The notes: generated by a model not told the origin, from the sequence alone. DNA of 64,000 nucleotides from an uncultured Candidatus Bathyarchaeia archaeon (GCA_964418675.1 CAYQMM010000003.1:152202-216201), one strand, 5' to 3'. Counted from the first letter of the stretch, positions 26,574 to 36,092 are shown. Numbers and translations: made by a program.

Positions 26574-27535
26574 CCCTAATAGACAAACTGGACGCCAAAC
26601 TAGCCGTTCTCTTATGTCACCACAACGCCGACCCAGACGCCATAGGCGCAGCCTTCGCCTTTTCCAGCCTGCTAAAGCGCCTGCGACCAGAATTGGAAAC
26701 CGAGATTGCAGCGGCTTCGGGACCCAGCAGACTTGCCAAAGTCATGCTGAAATCTCTGCCTATAGAACTTACAGCCAATCCACGTATAGAAGAGGCTGAT
26801 TTAATCGTTTTATTGGACACAAACACTGTCCAGCAGTTGAATGAGTGGGGCAAGAGAATCAAGCCCGGTCACCCTCTAGTTGTCATTGACCATCATGCGA
26901 GTCATCCAGAAACCGAGCGCCTAGCAACCCTGCTAGTGGCAGACGAGGAGGCTTCATCAACCTGCGAGGTCGTTTATCGTCTCTTCAAGGAGGCAGAAGT
27001 TAAACCCGTCTCAGACGTGGCGAAAGCCCTCTTTCTCGGAATAGCCTTTGACTCAAGACATTTCATAATAGCCACTTCCGACACCCTCAAAGTTGTAGCA
27101 GAACTTACCGAAGCAGGAGTAAACGCCCAAGAAACCCTCCCCATCCTCTCACTACCCATGGAATACTCAGAGCGCATGGCACGACTGAAGGCAAGCAATC
27201 GAGCAAAACTCTTGAAAATGAATGATTGGCTGATCGCCCTTTCTCACGTCAGCGCCTACCAAGCCTCAGCGTCCAGAGGTCTCATCGCATTGGGAGCCCA
27301 CGTGGCAGTTGTCGCTGGACAAAAAGCGGACAGAATTCAAGTCAGTTTGAGAGCTACCCACGAGTTCTACGCAGAGACCGGCATCCACCTAGGTCGCGAT
27401 GTGGCAAAGCCTCTGGGAGATTTTCTGGGAGGTATGGGCGGTGGGCACTCAGTTTCAGCTGGGGCGAATGGTGTTGGGGACTTGAAGGCTTGTCTCGATT
27501 TCTGTGCTGAATTGCTGGAAAAGAAATTAAGCTAA
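26552..27535 (+). CDS. DHH/DHHA1-family phosphoesterase (NrnA/RecJ-like)
   Basis: LLCHHNADPDAIGAA (motifs I/II), LLDTNT, VVIDHHASH (DHH) and the C-terminal GGGHSVSAGA (DHHA1 GGGH). Confidence 0.85.
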   Translation: MQIHEILALIDKLDAKLAVLLCHHNADPDAIGAAFAFSSLLKRLRPELETEIAAASGPSRLAKVMLKSLPIELTANPRIEEADLIVLLDTNTVQQLNEWGKRIKPGHPLVVIDHHASHPETERLATLLVADEEASSTCEVVYRLFKEAEVKPVSDVAKALFLGIAFDSRHFIIATSDTLKVVAELTEAGVNAQETLPILSLPMEYSERMARLKASNRAKLLKMNDWLIALSHVSAYQASASRGLIALGAHVAVVAGQKADRIQVSLRATHEFYAETGIHLGRDVAKPLGDFLGGMGGGHSVSAGANGVGDLKACLDFCAELLEKKLS

Positions 27536-27597
27536 CCCTTTTTTGAGTAGCTACTCTTAAATGAAGTGAACTTTTGCAATAACTTGGCGGACAAACA

Positions 27598-28443
27598 GTG
27601 GCCATCATCGAGACAAAAGACCTAACATACACCTACCCGGGCGCAACAAAACCATCCATCACAGAGGTATCCCTAACCATCGAAAAAGGAGACTTCGTCA
27701 TCCTAACAGGCCCCAGCGGCTGCGGAAAAACAACTCTCTGCAGATGCTTCAATGGACTCATACCCCATTTCTACAATGGAAACCTCGAAGGAGAAATCAC
27801 AGTCGCCAATCTCAAAGTGAATGACCAAGAAATCCACCAAATCGCCCGTCACGTAGGCCTTGTTTTCCAGAACCCAGAGAATCAGCTCTTCGCCTTGTCA
27901 GTTGAAAAGGACGTGGCCTTCGGTCTAGAAAACTTCGCCATGCCCCGAGACGAGATGAGAAAGCGTGTCGATTGGGCTCTCCAGATGGCAGGCATAAGTG
28001 AACTCAGTGAAAGACCGCCCCACGAGCTTTCAGGTGGTCAGCAGCAGCGGGTTGCCATAGCCTCTGTGCTTGCTATGCAACCTGAAATCATGATACTAGA
28101 TGAGCCTACCTCCTTCCTTGACCCTGTGGGAGCACAAAAGATATTCGAAGTAATCAATGAATTGAACAAAAAACTGGGCATCACAATTATTCTGGTTGAA
28201 CATCGACTGGACCTAGCCTCAAAATACGCCAATCGTGTTGTCGTCATGAATGAAGGCAAGCTTGTCCTGAATGGGAGCCCTAGAGAAATCTTCAACTCCG
28301 AAAAAGCCCGTCTGATAGGTGTCGGCATCCCAAAGGCAACACGACTATATCAGCACCTCAAAACCCATGGGATAAACCTGAAAAGAGTCCCAGTGACCCC
28401 CCAAGAGACCGCAGATATTCTACGGGAGGCTCTAAAGGCATGA
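27598..28443 (+). CDS. ecfA1: ECF transporter ATPase component A1
   Basis: GPSGCGKTT (Walker A), LSGGQQQRVAIA (signature) and ILDEPTSFLD (Walker B). Confidence 0.9.
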   Translation: MAIIETKDLTYTYPGATKPSITEVSLTIEKGDFVILTGPSGCGKTTLCRCFNGLIPHFYNGNLEGEITVANLKVNDQEIHQIARHVGLVFQNPENQLFALSVEKDVAFGLENFAMPRDEMRKRVDWALQMAGISELSERPPHELSGGQQQRVAIASVLAMQPEIMILDEPTSFLDPVGAQKIFEVINELNKKLGITIILVEHRLDLASKYANRVVVMNEGKLVLNGSPREIFNSEKARLIGVGIPKATRLYQHLKTHGINLKRVPVTPQETADILREALKA

Positions 28444-29261
28444 TTGAGGTTAAGGATCTGCATTTCACCTATCCCACCGGCGTCGAAGCCCTGAGAGGAA
28501 TCAACCTCACCGTCGATGACGGAGAATTCTTAGCGGTCATGGGGCAGAACGGCGCTGGAAAAACAACTCTGGTGAAGCATTTTAACGGGCTTTTGAAGCC
28601 AACGGAGGGTGAGATTCTGGTTGACAGTGTGAGCACCCGAGATGTAAGCGTAGCCCAGCTAGCTAGAACCGTTGGTTTCGTGTTTCAGAATCCAGATCAC
28701 CAACTATTCAGCGAGACAGTGGAGGAGGAGATTGCCTTCGCCCTCCGAAACTTTGGTTTCAAAGAAGCAGTCATAAAAAAGCAGGTTGACTGGGCACTAA
28801 ACCTTCTAGATGTATCTCAATATCGGAAGACATCCCCCTTCATGCTCAGCGGCGGAGAAAGAAAACGAGTTGCTTTAGCCTCAATCCTCGCTTGGGACCC
28901 TAAAGTGATCATTCTAGACGAACCAACAATAGGTCAGGATCACCAGCAAAAGGAAAAGCTGATGCAATTCATTCTCCAACTTAACGCCCAGAAAAAAACC
29001 GTGGTCATCGTCACTCACGACGTAGAATTTGTCGCAGAATGCAACCCTCGCGTCATACTGATGAGCCAAGGAAAAATTTTGGCTGAAGGCATAGCAGAGG
29101 AAATTTTGACAAACCAGAAGTTGGTGGCGCAGGCTTCCATAATTCCTCCACAGATAACCCAGATTTTTCTGGAACTGGCTGATTTGGGCTTGCCAACGGA
29201 TGTTATTGGCGTTCATGAGGCAGCGAAGATTCTGTTAAATCGAATGAGGGGAAAGCAATGA
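28440..29261 (+). CDS. ecfA2: ECF transporter ATPase component A2
   Basis: GQNGAGKTT, LSGGERKRVALA and ILDEPTIGQD, with a 4-nt overlap with ecfA1. Confidence 0.9.
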   Translation: MIEVKDLHFTYPTGVEALRGINLTVDDGEFLAVMGQNGAGKTTLVKHFNGLLKPTEGEILVDSVSTRDVSVAQLARTVGFVFQNPDHQLFSETVEEEIAFALRNFGFKEAVIKKQVDWALNLLDVSQYRKTSPFMLSGGERKRVALASILAWDPKVIILDEPTIGQDHQQKEKLMQFILQLNAQKKTVVIVTHDVEFVAECNPRVILMSQGKILAEGIAEEILTNQKLVAQASIIPPQITQIFLELADLGLPTDVIGVHEAAKILLNRMRGKQ

Positions 29262-30079
29262 GCGTCTTCGAAGGCTTCAAATTCAGGAAAGTCTCTTCTG
29301 CCATCCACAGGCTGGACCCAAGAATCAAATTTTTCTACGTTATCGTCTTGTTTGTGATGGCGATTCTATTCACCAAGCTGCTGGCACTGATTGTCCTATT
29401 CTTCGTACCCTTGCCCTTCGTTTTTATGGCAAGAGTCAAACGAGAATGGCTGCGTTCCCTGAGAGGAGCCGCATTCTTAGCTATCTTCATCTTCGCAACA
29501 AACTTCATCTTCGGATACTTCTATCCAACATCATTCACGGAAATAACTCCCCCCGTTGACACAATCGGAGAGATTCTTGTTCTTTTGGAGCGAGCCTCAG
29601 CCATGACTCTACGTTTCGTCGTTCTAATTGCATCCTTCTCCGTATTCTTTCTAACAACTTCGCCTGACCATCTAGGCTTGGCGCTACAGCAGAGTCACAT
29701 TCCCTACGAGTTTTGTTTTGCCTTCACAACTGCGGTTCGTTTTGTCCCTGTCTTGGCTGACGAGGCGCAGACCATCATGGATGCTCAGAAGGCTAGAGGA
29801 TTGGAGTTGGAGCGTGGAAACTTTCTTAAACGGGTGAGAAACTACATTCCCATCCTCATTCCGCTGATTGTTAATGCCATCAGAAGAAGCTTGGAGTTGG
29901 CGGAGGCTATGGAGTCTCGGGCTTGGGGTGCCAGCGAAAAACGCACAAACCTCTACGTGCTCAAACTTAAACGGGCAGATTACCTCCTCGTCCTGCTTTC
30001 TGTTCTGATGCTGATCATTGCTGTTTACGTCTGGCTATACGTCCCCATTCCCACATTAACAACACTTCTTAACCTCTAA
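29258..30079 (+). CDS. ecfT: ECF transporter transmembrane component T (CbiQ family)
   Basis: This 273-aa polytopic membrane protein follows the two ATPases and carries the conserved ARG...E region (MDAQKARGLELE). Confidence 0.85.
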   Translation: MSVFEGFKFRKVSSAIHRLDPRIKFFYVIVLFVMAILFTKLLALIVLFFVPLPFVFMARVKREWLRSLRGAAFLAIFIFATNFIFGYFYPTSFTEITPPVDTIGEILVLLERASAMTLRFVVLIASFSVFFLTTSPDHLGLALQQSHIPYEFCFAFTTAVRFVPVLADEAQTIMDAQKARGLELERGNFLKRVRNYIPILIPLIVNAIRRSLELAEAMESRAWGASEKRTNLYVLKLKRADYLLVLLSVLMLIIAVYVWLYVPIPTLTTLLNL

Positions 30080-30196
30080 ACCCTCTCCAAAGCTAATTTA
30101 CACTGCAAACAGAATGTTACACTCAAAAAACATGTTTAATCCCCAGATTTGAACGGCAGCTCAAATCAACAATATCTAACGGAAGTTTCCTTCGGA

Positions 30197-30292
30197 TTAT
30201 TTGGTCTTCTTTCTTCGTCTCTGCCTCTTCTTCTTAACCCGCTTCTGTTTCTTCTTAGCGGTCTTTTTTGTCATGCCGTGATGTCTTGCCAT
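30197..30292 (-). CDS. Possible 31-aa extremely basic peptide
   Basis: My own translation is MARHHGMTKKTAKKKQKRVKKKRQRRRKKTK. It is below the track threshold, has no homology support, and is reminiscent only in composition of L41e-type peptides. Confidence 0.25.
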   Translation of the reverse strand: MARHHGMTKKTAKKKQKRVKKKRQRRRKKTK

Positions 30293-30385
30293 TCTAGTCC
30301 AGTTTCCTTCCACATTAGTCTAAAGTGTGATTCTTAAAGTTTTACGTTACCATCCTTGCGGCGATTATTAAAGCTTATTTCACCC

Positions 30386-30453
30386 GGTTCTGTAAAGTCT
30401 TCGGTTGATGGCATGTTTTGAGAGGGCTGTAAAAAATCGGTTGATAGAACTTT
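30386..30453. repeat. Left terminal inverted repeat (68 bp) with an internal CGGTTGAT duplication
   Basis: ggttctgtaaagtcttcggttgatggcatgttttgagagggctgtaaaaaatcggttgatagaacttt. Confidence 0.9.
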
Positions 30454-30535
30454 GCAGTGGACATGCTACGAAGAGCCTCTATACCTTTCTAATCGGTTTT
30501 ATATAGCGAGTAATGAAAGCATTTAACGGTTTAAA

Positions 30536-31021
30536 ATGTCTGAAGATGAATCCACAAAAGAAATGCTCAGTAAAATAGCTTCAAAAGTATCTACATTTGC
30601 AATTGGAAACTATATTCAACCTATACATAGCTTGAAGGACAGCTTAGAGAATCATGATTGGTTTAAGGGGTTAATTCTGTCTACGACTTTCTTAGAGATG
30701 TTTGGATTCTTGAGCTTAAGAACATATTATGAGCAAAACGTAGACCGTGAACACCATAAAAAAATCGGAGAATTCCTTTATCGTTCTGGACTAGCACGGA
30801 TAATAACGTTATTGTATTTCTCGGGTTTAATAAAACGTGATAGCTATACCAAAATGATTGAAATTAACAAAGCAAGAAATGAAATAGTTCATCGTGTACG
30901 AAGAATAAAAAAAGATGAATTTGCTTTTGACGATGAGATAGATATTAAATTTGAGAGAAAAGCAAAAAAACTGATTAAGCAGACAATCATATGCCTCAAA
31001 GAATTGGGAGTATCTCACTAG
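30536..31021 (+). CDS. HEPN-motif protein (predicted RNase-type toxin/effector), cargo of the TIR element
   Basis: The 161-aa ORF looks all-helical and carries an R-x4-H motif with the typical Asn after Arg (KARNEIVHR, R114...H119) in the C-terminal third. This is motif-level evidence only. Confidence 0.5.
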   Translation: MSEDESTKEMLSKIASKVSTFAIGNYIQPIHSLKDSLENHDWFKGLILSTTFLEMFGFLSLRTYYEQNVDREHHKKIGEFLYRSGLARIITLLYFSGLIKRDSYTKMIEINKARNEIVHRVRRIKKDEFAFDDEIDIKFERKAKKLIKQTIICLKELGVSH

Positions 31022-31131
31022 ATGAACTAGACCATATAATTCCACATTCAAAAGGAGGAAAAACCGAACTTCAAAATGCACAAATTACCCATAAATCCTG
31101 CAATGCCCAAAAATCCAAAAAGACACCATAG
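30991..31131 (+). pseudogene. HNH (His-Me finger) nuclease core remnant or mini-ORF overlapping the end of the HEPN gene
   Basis: My own translation in the other frame is MPQRIGSISLDELDHIIPHSKGGKTELQNAQITHKSCNAQKSKKTP, showing the DH...N...H..CN pattern. The N-terminal CxxC half of a normal HNH domain is missing. A 1-nt frameshift within 30979-31018 would fuse it to the HEPN ORF. Confidence 0.45.
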
Positions 31132-31218
31132 ACTCTTCGTGAAAATGGCAACAAAAGGCAACTCTACAGTATCTTCATCCACATCTTTTTATGTCCAATC
31201 CTGAATAAAGATAGATTT

Positions 31219-31713
31219 ATGGCATCAGACGAACAAAACAAATCTCTATTGGTACAATACCGAGAATGTTGGGCAGAGATTAGAAATTTAGATACTTTAA
31301 TTTGGCAAATTCCTTCAATAGCCATGGCAATTAATTCTTTTTTTGGGATTGCCTATCTCGGTTATGCAAAAACCCCTGAGGCAAGAATGATACTATTGTT
31401 TGCATCATTCGCATTCAATTTTGTTTCCATTATTACACTAAGAAAGCACCGTTTCCTTCAGATTGCTCGCACAGAGGATTTGATATGGGTTCAAGAAAGA
31501 TTGAGACAAACCGTAAAAATACGGAATATAAAATGGCAAACAGCACTGATTCTTTCAGATACAGAACAATATCGTGATGTCCCGAGAGACGGAATGATAG
31601 GCATTTCAGCATATCGATGGTTACTCGCTGTACTATGTTTAACATTAATTGTTATTACTACCGTACTAATGGTTGAAATACTTACTTTCTATTTTACATT
31701 TATTCTAAACTAA
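31219..31713 (+). CDS. Multi-pass membrane protein, cargo of the TIR element
   Basis: The 164-aa ORF has hydrophobic segments IPSIAMAINSFFGIAYLGY, MILLFASFAFNFVSIITL and WLLAVLCLTLIVITTVLMVEILTFYFTFIL. Its stop codon lies 2 nt inside IR-R. Confidence 0.55.
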   Translation: MASDEQNKSLLVQYRECWAEIRNLDTLIWQIPSIAMAINSFFGIAYLGYAKTPEARMILLFASFAFNFVSIITLRKHRFLQIARTEDLIWVQERLRQTVKIRNIKWQTALILSDTEQYRDVPRDGMIGISAYRWLLAVLCLTLIVITTVLMVEILTFYFTFILN

Positions 31714-31779
31714 AGTTCTATCAACCGATTTTTTACAGCCCTCTCAAAACATGCCATCAACCGAAGACTTTACAGAACC
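31712..31779. repeat. Right terminal inverted repeat (68 bp)
   Basis: It is the exact reverse complement of 30386-30453. Confidence 0.9.
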
Positions 31780-32011
31780 TTTCACCCAATGAAGCAGCTG
31801 AATAAACTTGTTCCCTGTTTCGAGAACATCCCTCAGAAGATTCAGTTATTTTTGTTGTCATCTGCCTTGATTAAGCGTCCAGTGTTTCGTGAGGCTGTTT
31901 CAGAGTCGCTCCATTTCATCATCACGTTAAAGCTCAGAGCGGTGTCCCTCATCACACAATAAACGTCTTACATGAAAGTTTAAAACCTTATCCTCAGGTT
32001 CCGATGCTCAG

Positions 32012-33421
32012 CTAGTTGTTATCCAACTTGAATTCTCTGTGGACCGCGCGAACAGTCTCTTCCCCATCCTTTTCTTTGACTACGAAAGAGACGTTAAGTT
32101 CAGAAGAGCCTTGAGCAATCATGCGCACGTTTATCCCCTTCAGTGCGACAGCTGTGAATATCTTTGAAGCAATTCCAGGCATTCCTTTCATGCCAGCCCC
32201 TAAAACTGCGACTACGCAAACGTCGTCTTCAGATGTCACTTCTCGGATGAAATCCCTGCCCAGAAGAGCTATCTCCAAGGTGCTAATTGCCTTCTCCAGC
32301 AGGCTTCTCTGAATCACAAGGGAGATGTTCGACTCTGAGACGCTCTGCGAAATCATCAGGATATTGATGTTTTCTCTTCCAAGCACGTCGAAGACTTTAG
32401 CGGCTGTTCCGGGGGCGCCCACCATGCCTGCGCCGCTCACCGTAATCACAGCAACGTTCCTGACTAGGGTTACGGCTTTCACGCCATCTTTCCGCTTGAC
32501 CTTCTGCTCCTTCCCTATGAGAGTTCCCATGTTGTCCGAGTTGAAAACGTTTCTAATCCTGACCGGTATATTTTCTTTTCGGGCTGGTTCCAACGCTCTG
32601 GGGTGCATGGCTTTGGCTCCGAAAATCGTCAGTTCTGTGGCTTCTTGGAAAGACAGCTGGGAAATCGTCTTTGCCGAAGGAATAATTTTGGGGTCAGAGG
32701 TCATTAGTCCGTCCACGTCTGTCCATATCCAAACTTCGTCGGCGGCTAAGGCGGCTCCCATGATGGTGGCTGTGTAGTCGGAGCCTCCTCGACCCAAGGT
32801 TGTGGTTTCTCCATCCTGAGTTGCCGCTATATACCCAGTTATAACCGGGACAGCTCCCTTTTTCAGCAGAGGCTCAATCTTCTTCTTAACTTGATATTTG
32901 GTTACGTTCATGAGGAGACCGGCTTCCCCATAATTGGAGTCAGTCACTATGCCCGCTTCTCCTCCGGTGAGGTGCGGAGACTCTAGCCCCATGTCCTTAA
33001 GGGCTCCGCTGACTATGGGGACGGATAATTTTTCTCCGAAAGAAAGAACGTTGTCCATCGATTTTGGGGTGAGTTCGCTCACGTAGCTGATTCCTTTCAG
33101 GACTTGTTCGAGTTCGTCCACCCTTTCCTTTAGAACCTGTTCTGTCTCTTCCTTTAACTGCTTATCTTCGACGGCTTCGTTGGCAGCACTCAAATGTTTT
33201 TGGAGGAGTTTCTGTTTGAAGTCGCTGATGTACTTGCGGTTCCCTTTTTTTGCTTCCTCTGCCGCCTTTATCAGCTGGTCTGTAACTCCGTCCAAGGCTG
33301 AAACCACTGTGACAATCTTGTAGTCTTGACCAGCATGGTTGGCGATGAGGTTGGCTACGTGGCGGATGTTCTTGCCCGTGGCTACTGAGGTGCCTCCGAA
33401 CTTCATCACTATCTTCTTCAA
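32012..33421 (-). CDS. lysC: Aspartate kinase
   Basis: MKFGGTSV, the kinase body and two C-terminal ACT-like repeats; 469 aa. Confidence 0.9.
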   Translation of the reverse strand: MKKIVMKFGGTSVATGKNIRHVANLIANHAGQDYKIVTVVSALDGVTDQLIKAAEEAKKGNRKYISDFKQKLLQKHLSAANEAVEDKQLKEETEQVLKERVDELEQVLKGISYVSELTPKSMDNVLSFGEKLSVPIVSGALKDMGLESPHLTGGEAGIVTDSNYGEAGLLMNVTKYQVKKKIEPLLKKGAVPVITGYIAATQDGETTTLGRGGSDYTATIMGAALAADEVWIWTDVDGLMTSDPKIIPSAKTISQLSFQEATELTIFGAKAMHPRALEPARKENIPVRIRNVFNSDNMGTLIGKEQKVKRKDGVKAVTLVRNVAVITVSGAGMVGAPGTAAKVFDVLGRENINILMISQSVSESNISLVIQRSLLEKAISTLEIALLGRDFIREVTSEDDVCVVAVLGAGMKGMPGIASKIFTAVALKGINVRMIAQGSSELNVSFVVKEKDGEETVRAVHREFKLDNN

Positions 33422-33439
33422 GTCTCCTTTCTCCTCCTT

Positions 33440-34465
33440 TCAAGCTATCATTTTGGTCGCTATGTTCTGTTTAATGTCTATCAGGTCCCTTAATATGGCG
33501 CTGGCGGTCTCCAATCCCCCTGCTCCCCTCCCTATTATCGTTTGTTCACCCGCGAATTCTGAGACGAAGGTTACGGCATTGAGGGCTCCACCCACACATA
33601 AGGGATCATGTCTCGATATTTGAGTGGGTTCTACTTTTAGGCTTTCTTCAATGGAACCTATCAGTTTTATTGTGGAGCCTCTCTTGGCTGCGTCCTCTAG
33701 GGCTTGGGATTTGACGTCGCGGATGCCCTTTATCTTCACGTCTTTCAAGGTGACCTTTTTGTCCATTATCCAATTTGCCATGATGACCAGTTTGGCGGCT
33801 GCGTCTATCCCGTCCACGTCCATGGTGGGGTCAGCTTCGGCGTATCCGAGTTTTTGGGCGCCTTTAAGGGCTTCCTGAAATGTGATGTGTTTCTCATCCA
33901 TCTCTGAGAGAATGTAGTTTGTGGTTCCGTTCAGTATTCCCCGTATGGAGACTATTCGGTCTCCCATGAGACACTTCTTGGCGAATTCGAGAACGGGAGT
34001 TCCTGCCCCCACGGTTCCGCTGAATCTCAGGTAAACGTTGTTGTAGTCAGCAAGCTCTGTGAGGGCTGGCAAAGCTAAGGCTAAAGGTCCCTTGTTGGTT
34101 GTGACCACGTGTTTTCCAGTCTTGAATGCTGTCTTGATGTGGGACAAGGTGGGTTCTCCGTCTTCGATGTTGGTTGGTGTCACTTCCACCATGGCTTCAG
34201 CCTCCACAGACTCTATCACATCCAATGCTGACATGCCGGGGCTTCCATTCTTGCTGTTAGCTGCTACTGTCCCCTTCTCAGCTTTTAGGGACAGCATCTG
34301 CTCAAGGTCTAGCCCCTTAGGGTTTGTGGCGGCTCCTCCCTTATCCACGATAGCTACAATTCTGGGGCGGAAGCCGTAACTTTTGACTAGCTCCGTTTCT
34401 CGACGTAGGAGGATTTGGGCGAAGCTCTGGCCAACTACTCCCCATCCCACCAAGATTATCCTCAT
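33440..34465 (-). CDS. hom: Homoserine dehydrogenase
   Basis: ILVGWGVVGQ (NAD-binding) and GILNGTTNYIL...A...GYAEADP. Confidence 0.9.
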   Translation of the reverse strand: MRIILVGWGVVGQSFAQILLRRETELVKSYGFRPRIVAIVDKGGAATNPKGLDLEQMLSLKAEKGTVAANSKNGSPGMSALDVIESVEAEAMVEVTPTNIEDGEPTLSHIKTAFKTGKHVVTTNKGPLALALPALTELADYNNVYLRFSGTVGAGTPVLEFAKKCLMGDRIVSIRGILNGTTNYILSEMDEKHITFQEALKGAQKLGYAEADPTMDVDGIDAAAKLVIMANWIMDKKVTLKDVKIKGIRDVKSQALEDAAKRGSTIKLIGSIEESLKVEPTQISRHDPLCVGGALNAVTFVSEFAGEQTIIGRGAGGLETASAILRDLIDIKQNIATKMIA

Positions 34466-34649
34466 TGCTGATCACCTGAAGGCACGATTATATTGAGTTG
34501 TTGAATCTTCTCTATTACAATTGCGATTTATAAATAGTAATCGCAGTTTGAATGCCTACCTCATCCCTTAATCGAATGATAGAACAGAAGACCCTCGCCA
34601 CGATTGCTTATATATTCCGAAGCGCTAAGTCCAAAATGGTGCTACAGCG

Positions 34650-34874
34650 ATGAGTGATTCAGAGGATGTGGAGTTCAGGGATGCCTTCAAACACTGGACT
34701 GAGCAAATAGATTACCATCAATATCAAATTTTCGTGGAAACAGCCAAAATTGTGGATTTGCTTAAACAGAAGAAGGCGTCTGCGAAAACAAAAAACGAGA
34801 TGATCATCATAGTTAAAGGGTTGCAGGCAACAGTGAAATCCGTCTCTAAGGTGCTGGCAAAGTACATCGAGTAA
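34650..34874 (+). CDS. Hypothetical small protein
   Basis: A 74-aa ORF in an intergenic gap, with no recognisable motif. Confidence 0.3.
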   Translation: MSDSEDVEFRDAFKHWTEQIDYHQYQIFVETAKIVDLLKQKKASAKTKNEMIIIVKGLQATVKSVSKVLAKYIE

Positions 34875-34877
34875 GTT

Positions 34878-36092
34878 TTACTGAACGTTTTTTCCTAGAA
34901 AAAGTGGCATGAAGGATTCTCCCTCTATTAGACCAAATTTTCCTTTCTGGGCAGAGAATTCATCAAATTTCTTCACTCCGTCAGGTTCCTCTGAGGGTTT
35001 GTAAATTGCGAAGGGCACTGGGTCTCTTGTATGTGTCCCGATTTTGATGGGTGTTGGATGGTCTGGCAGAACAGCAACCAAGCGTTCTTCGTTTAAACCA
35101 GCTAGTAAATGTCCTATCAGCCTCTTATCCAAGTCTTCTATTGTTTTAACTTTCAATTCATAATCTCTAGAGTGCCCTGCCTCGTCCGGCGCCTCAACGT
35201 GAACAAAAACCATGTCACTGTCTTCAAGAGCTCTGAGGGCAAACTCTGCCTTGCCCTCATAGTTCGTATCATACAAGCCAGTAGCCCCCGGCACATCAAC
35301 CACCTTCATCCCAGCGTAAACCCCAATCCCCTTAACCAAATCAACAGCAGAGATAACCGCTGCCTTGACACCAAACTTTTCTTCAAATGTGGGCATGTGA
35401 GGTTTTCTGCCTCCACCCCAAGGCCAAATCATGTTTCCGGGTCTTTTGCAAGCTTCTCTTCGGGCAACATTAACTGGGTGATTGTCTAGAACATTCTTGG
35501 AATCCATGATCATTTTACTTAGCAAAGCCGCTGTGCTCTTTGCTTCTTCAGATTTGGCTTTTGGCAAAATCTCTGAGATTTCCAGTCCTATGGCATCGTG
35601 AGGTAGTGTACACTCGATAATCTCGGAGGGCAGATAATTTCTTAAGATCAAGAAATGCCGGTAGCCTAAGCCAGCAAAGAATTCAATTTTGCCTGGCTTT
35701 TCGAAATTCTCTTTTACAGCTTCTATCAGTTTATCCGATTCGCTGTTTGTTATGTGATCAGCAGAATAATCGATTAGAATTCCATCCTTTTCTGTGATGA
35801 GATTGCATCTAAAAGCTACATCCTTTTCATCTAGCTTGATGCCTCTAGAAGCAGCCTCAAATGGACCTCTTCCAGTATAGAATCTCCTTGGGTCATAGCC
35901 CAGAACAGAAAGGATTGCGGTGCCTGAACCGGGAGTTAAGCCCTCTCTCACTGTTCTGAGGAGCCCGCTGCATCCTTTGGCTGCGATCATGTCCATGTTT
36001 GGTTTGTTTGCCACTTGGAGAGGAGTCTTATTGCCTAATTCCGGAACTGGATAATCCGCCATTCCATCTCCGACAATAAGTAAATACTTCAT
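34878..36092 (-). CDS. apgM: 2,3-bisphosphoglycerate-independent phosphoglycerate mutase, archaeal type
   Basis: MKYLLIVGDGMADYP... and VHVEAPDEAGH..., 404 aa, the typical ApgM signature. Confidence 0.88.
   Translation of the reverse strand: MKYLLIVGDGMADYPVPELGNKTPLQVANKPNMDMIAAKGCSGLLRTVREGLTPGSGTAILSVLGYDPRRFYTGRGPFEAASRGIKLDEKDVAFRCNLITEKDGILIDYSADHITNSESDKLIEAVKENFEKPGKIEFFAGLGYRHFLILRNYLPSEIIECTLPHDAIGLEISEILPKAKSEEAKSTAALLSKMIMDSKNVLDNHPVNVARREACKRPGNMIWPWGGGRKPHMPTFEEKFGVKAAVISAVDLVKGIGVYAGMKVVDVPGATGLYDTNYEGKAEFALRALEDSDMVFVHVEAPDEAGHSRDYELKVKTIEDLDKRLIGHLLAGLNEERLVAVLPDHPTPIKIGTHTRDPVPFAIYKPSEEPDGVKKFDEFSAQKGKFGLIEGESFMPLFLGKNVQ

Larger units (their letters stand above)
30386..31779. 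mobile_element. Non-autonomous TIR element (1394 bp) with 68-bp perfect terminal inverted repeats, flanked by an 8-bp direct duplication TTTCACCC
   Basis: IR-L 30386-30453 is the exact reverse complement of IR-R 31712-31779; I verified this base by base. TTTCACCC occurs at 30378-30385 and at 31780-31787. No transposase is encoded inside. Confidence 0.8.

Noticed and set aside
30149-30337. A 62-aa plus-strand ORF from the track.
   Set aside because: It is a Leu/Ser/Phe-rich translation of a CT-rich stretch with no start context. The opposite strand gives a (still weak) basic micro-ORF. Neither is strongly supported.
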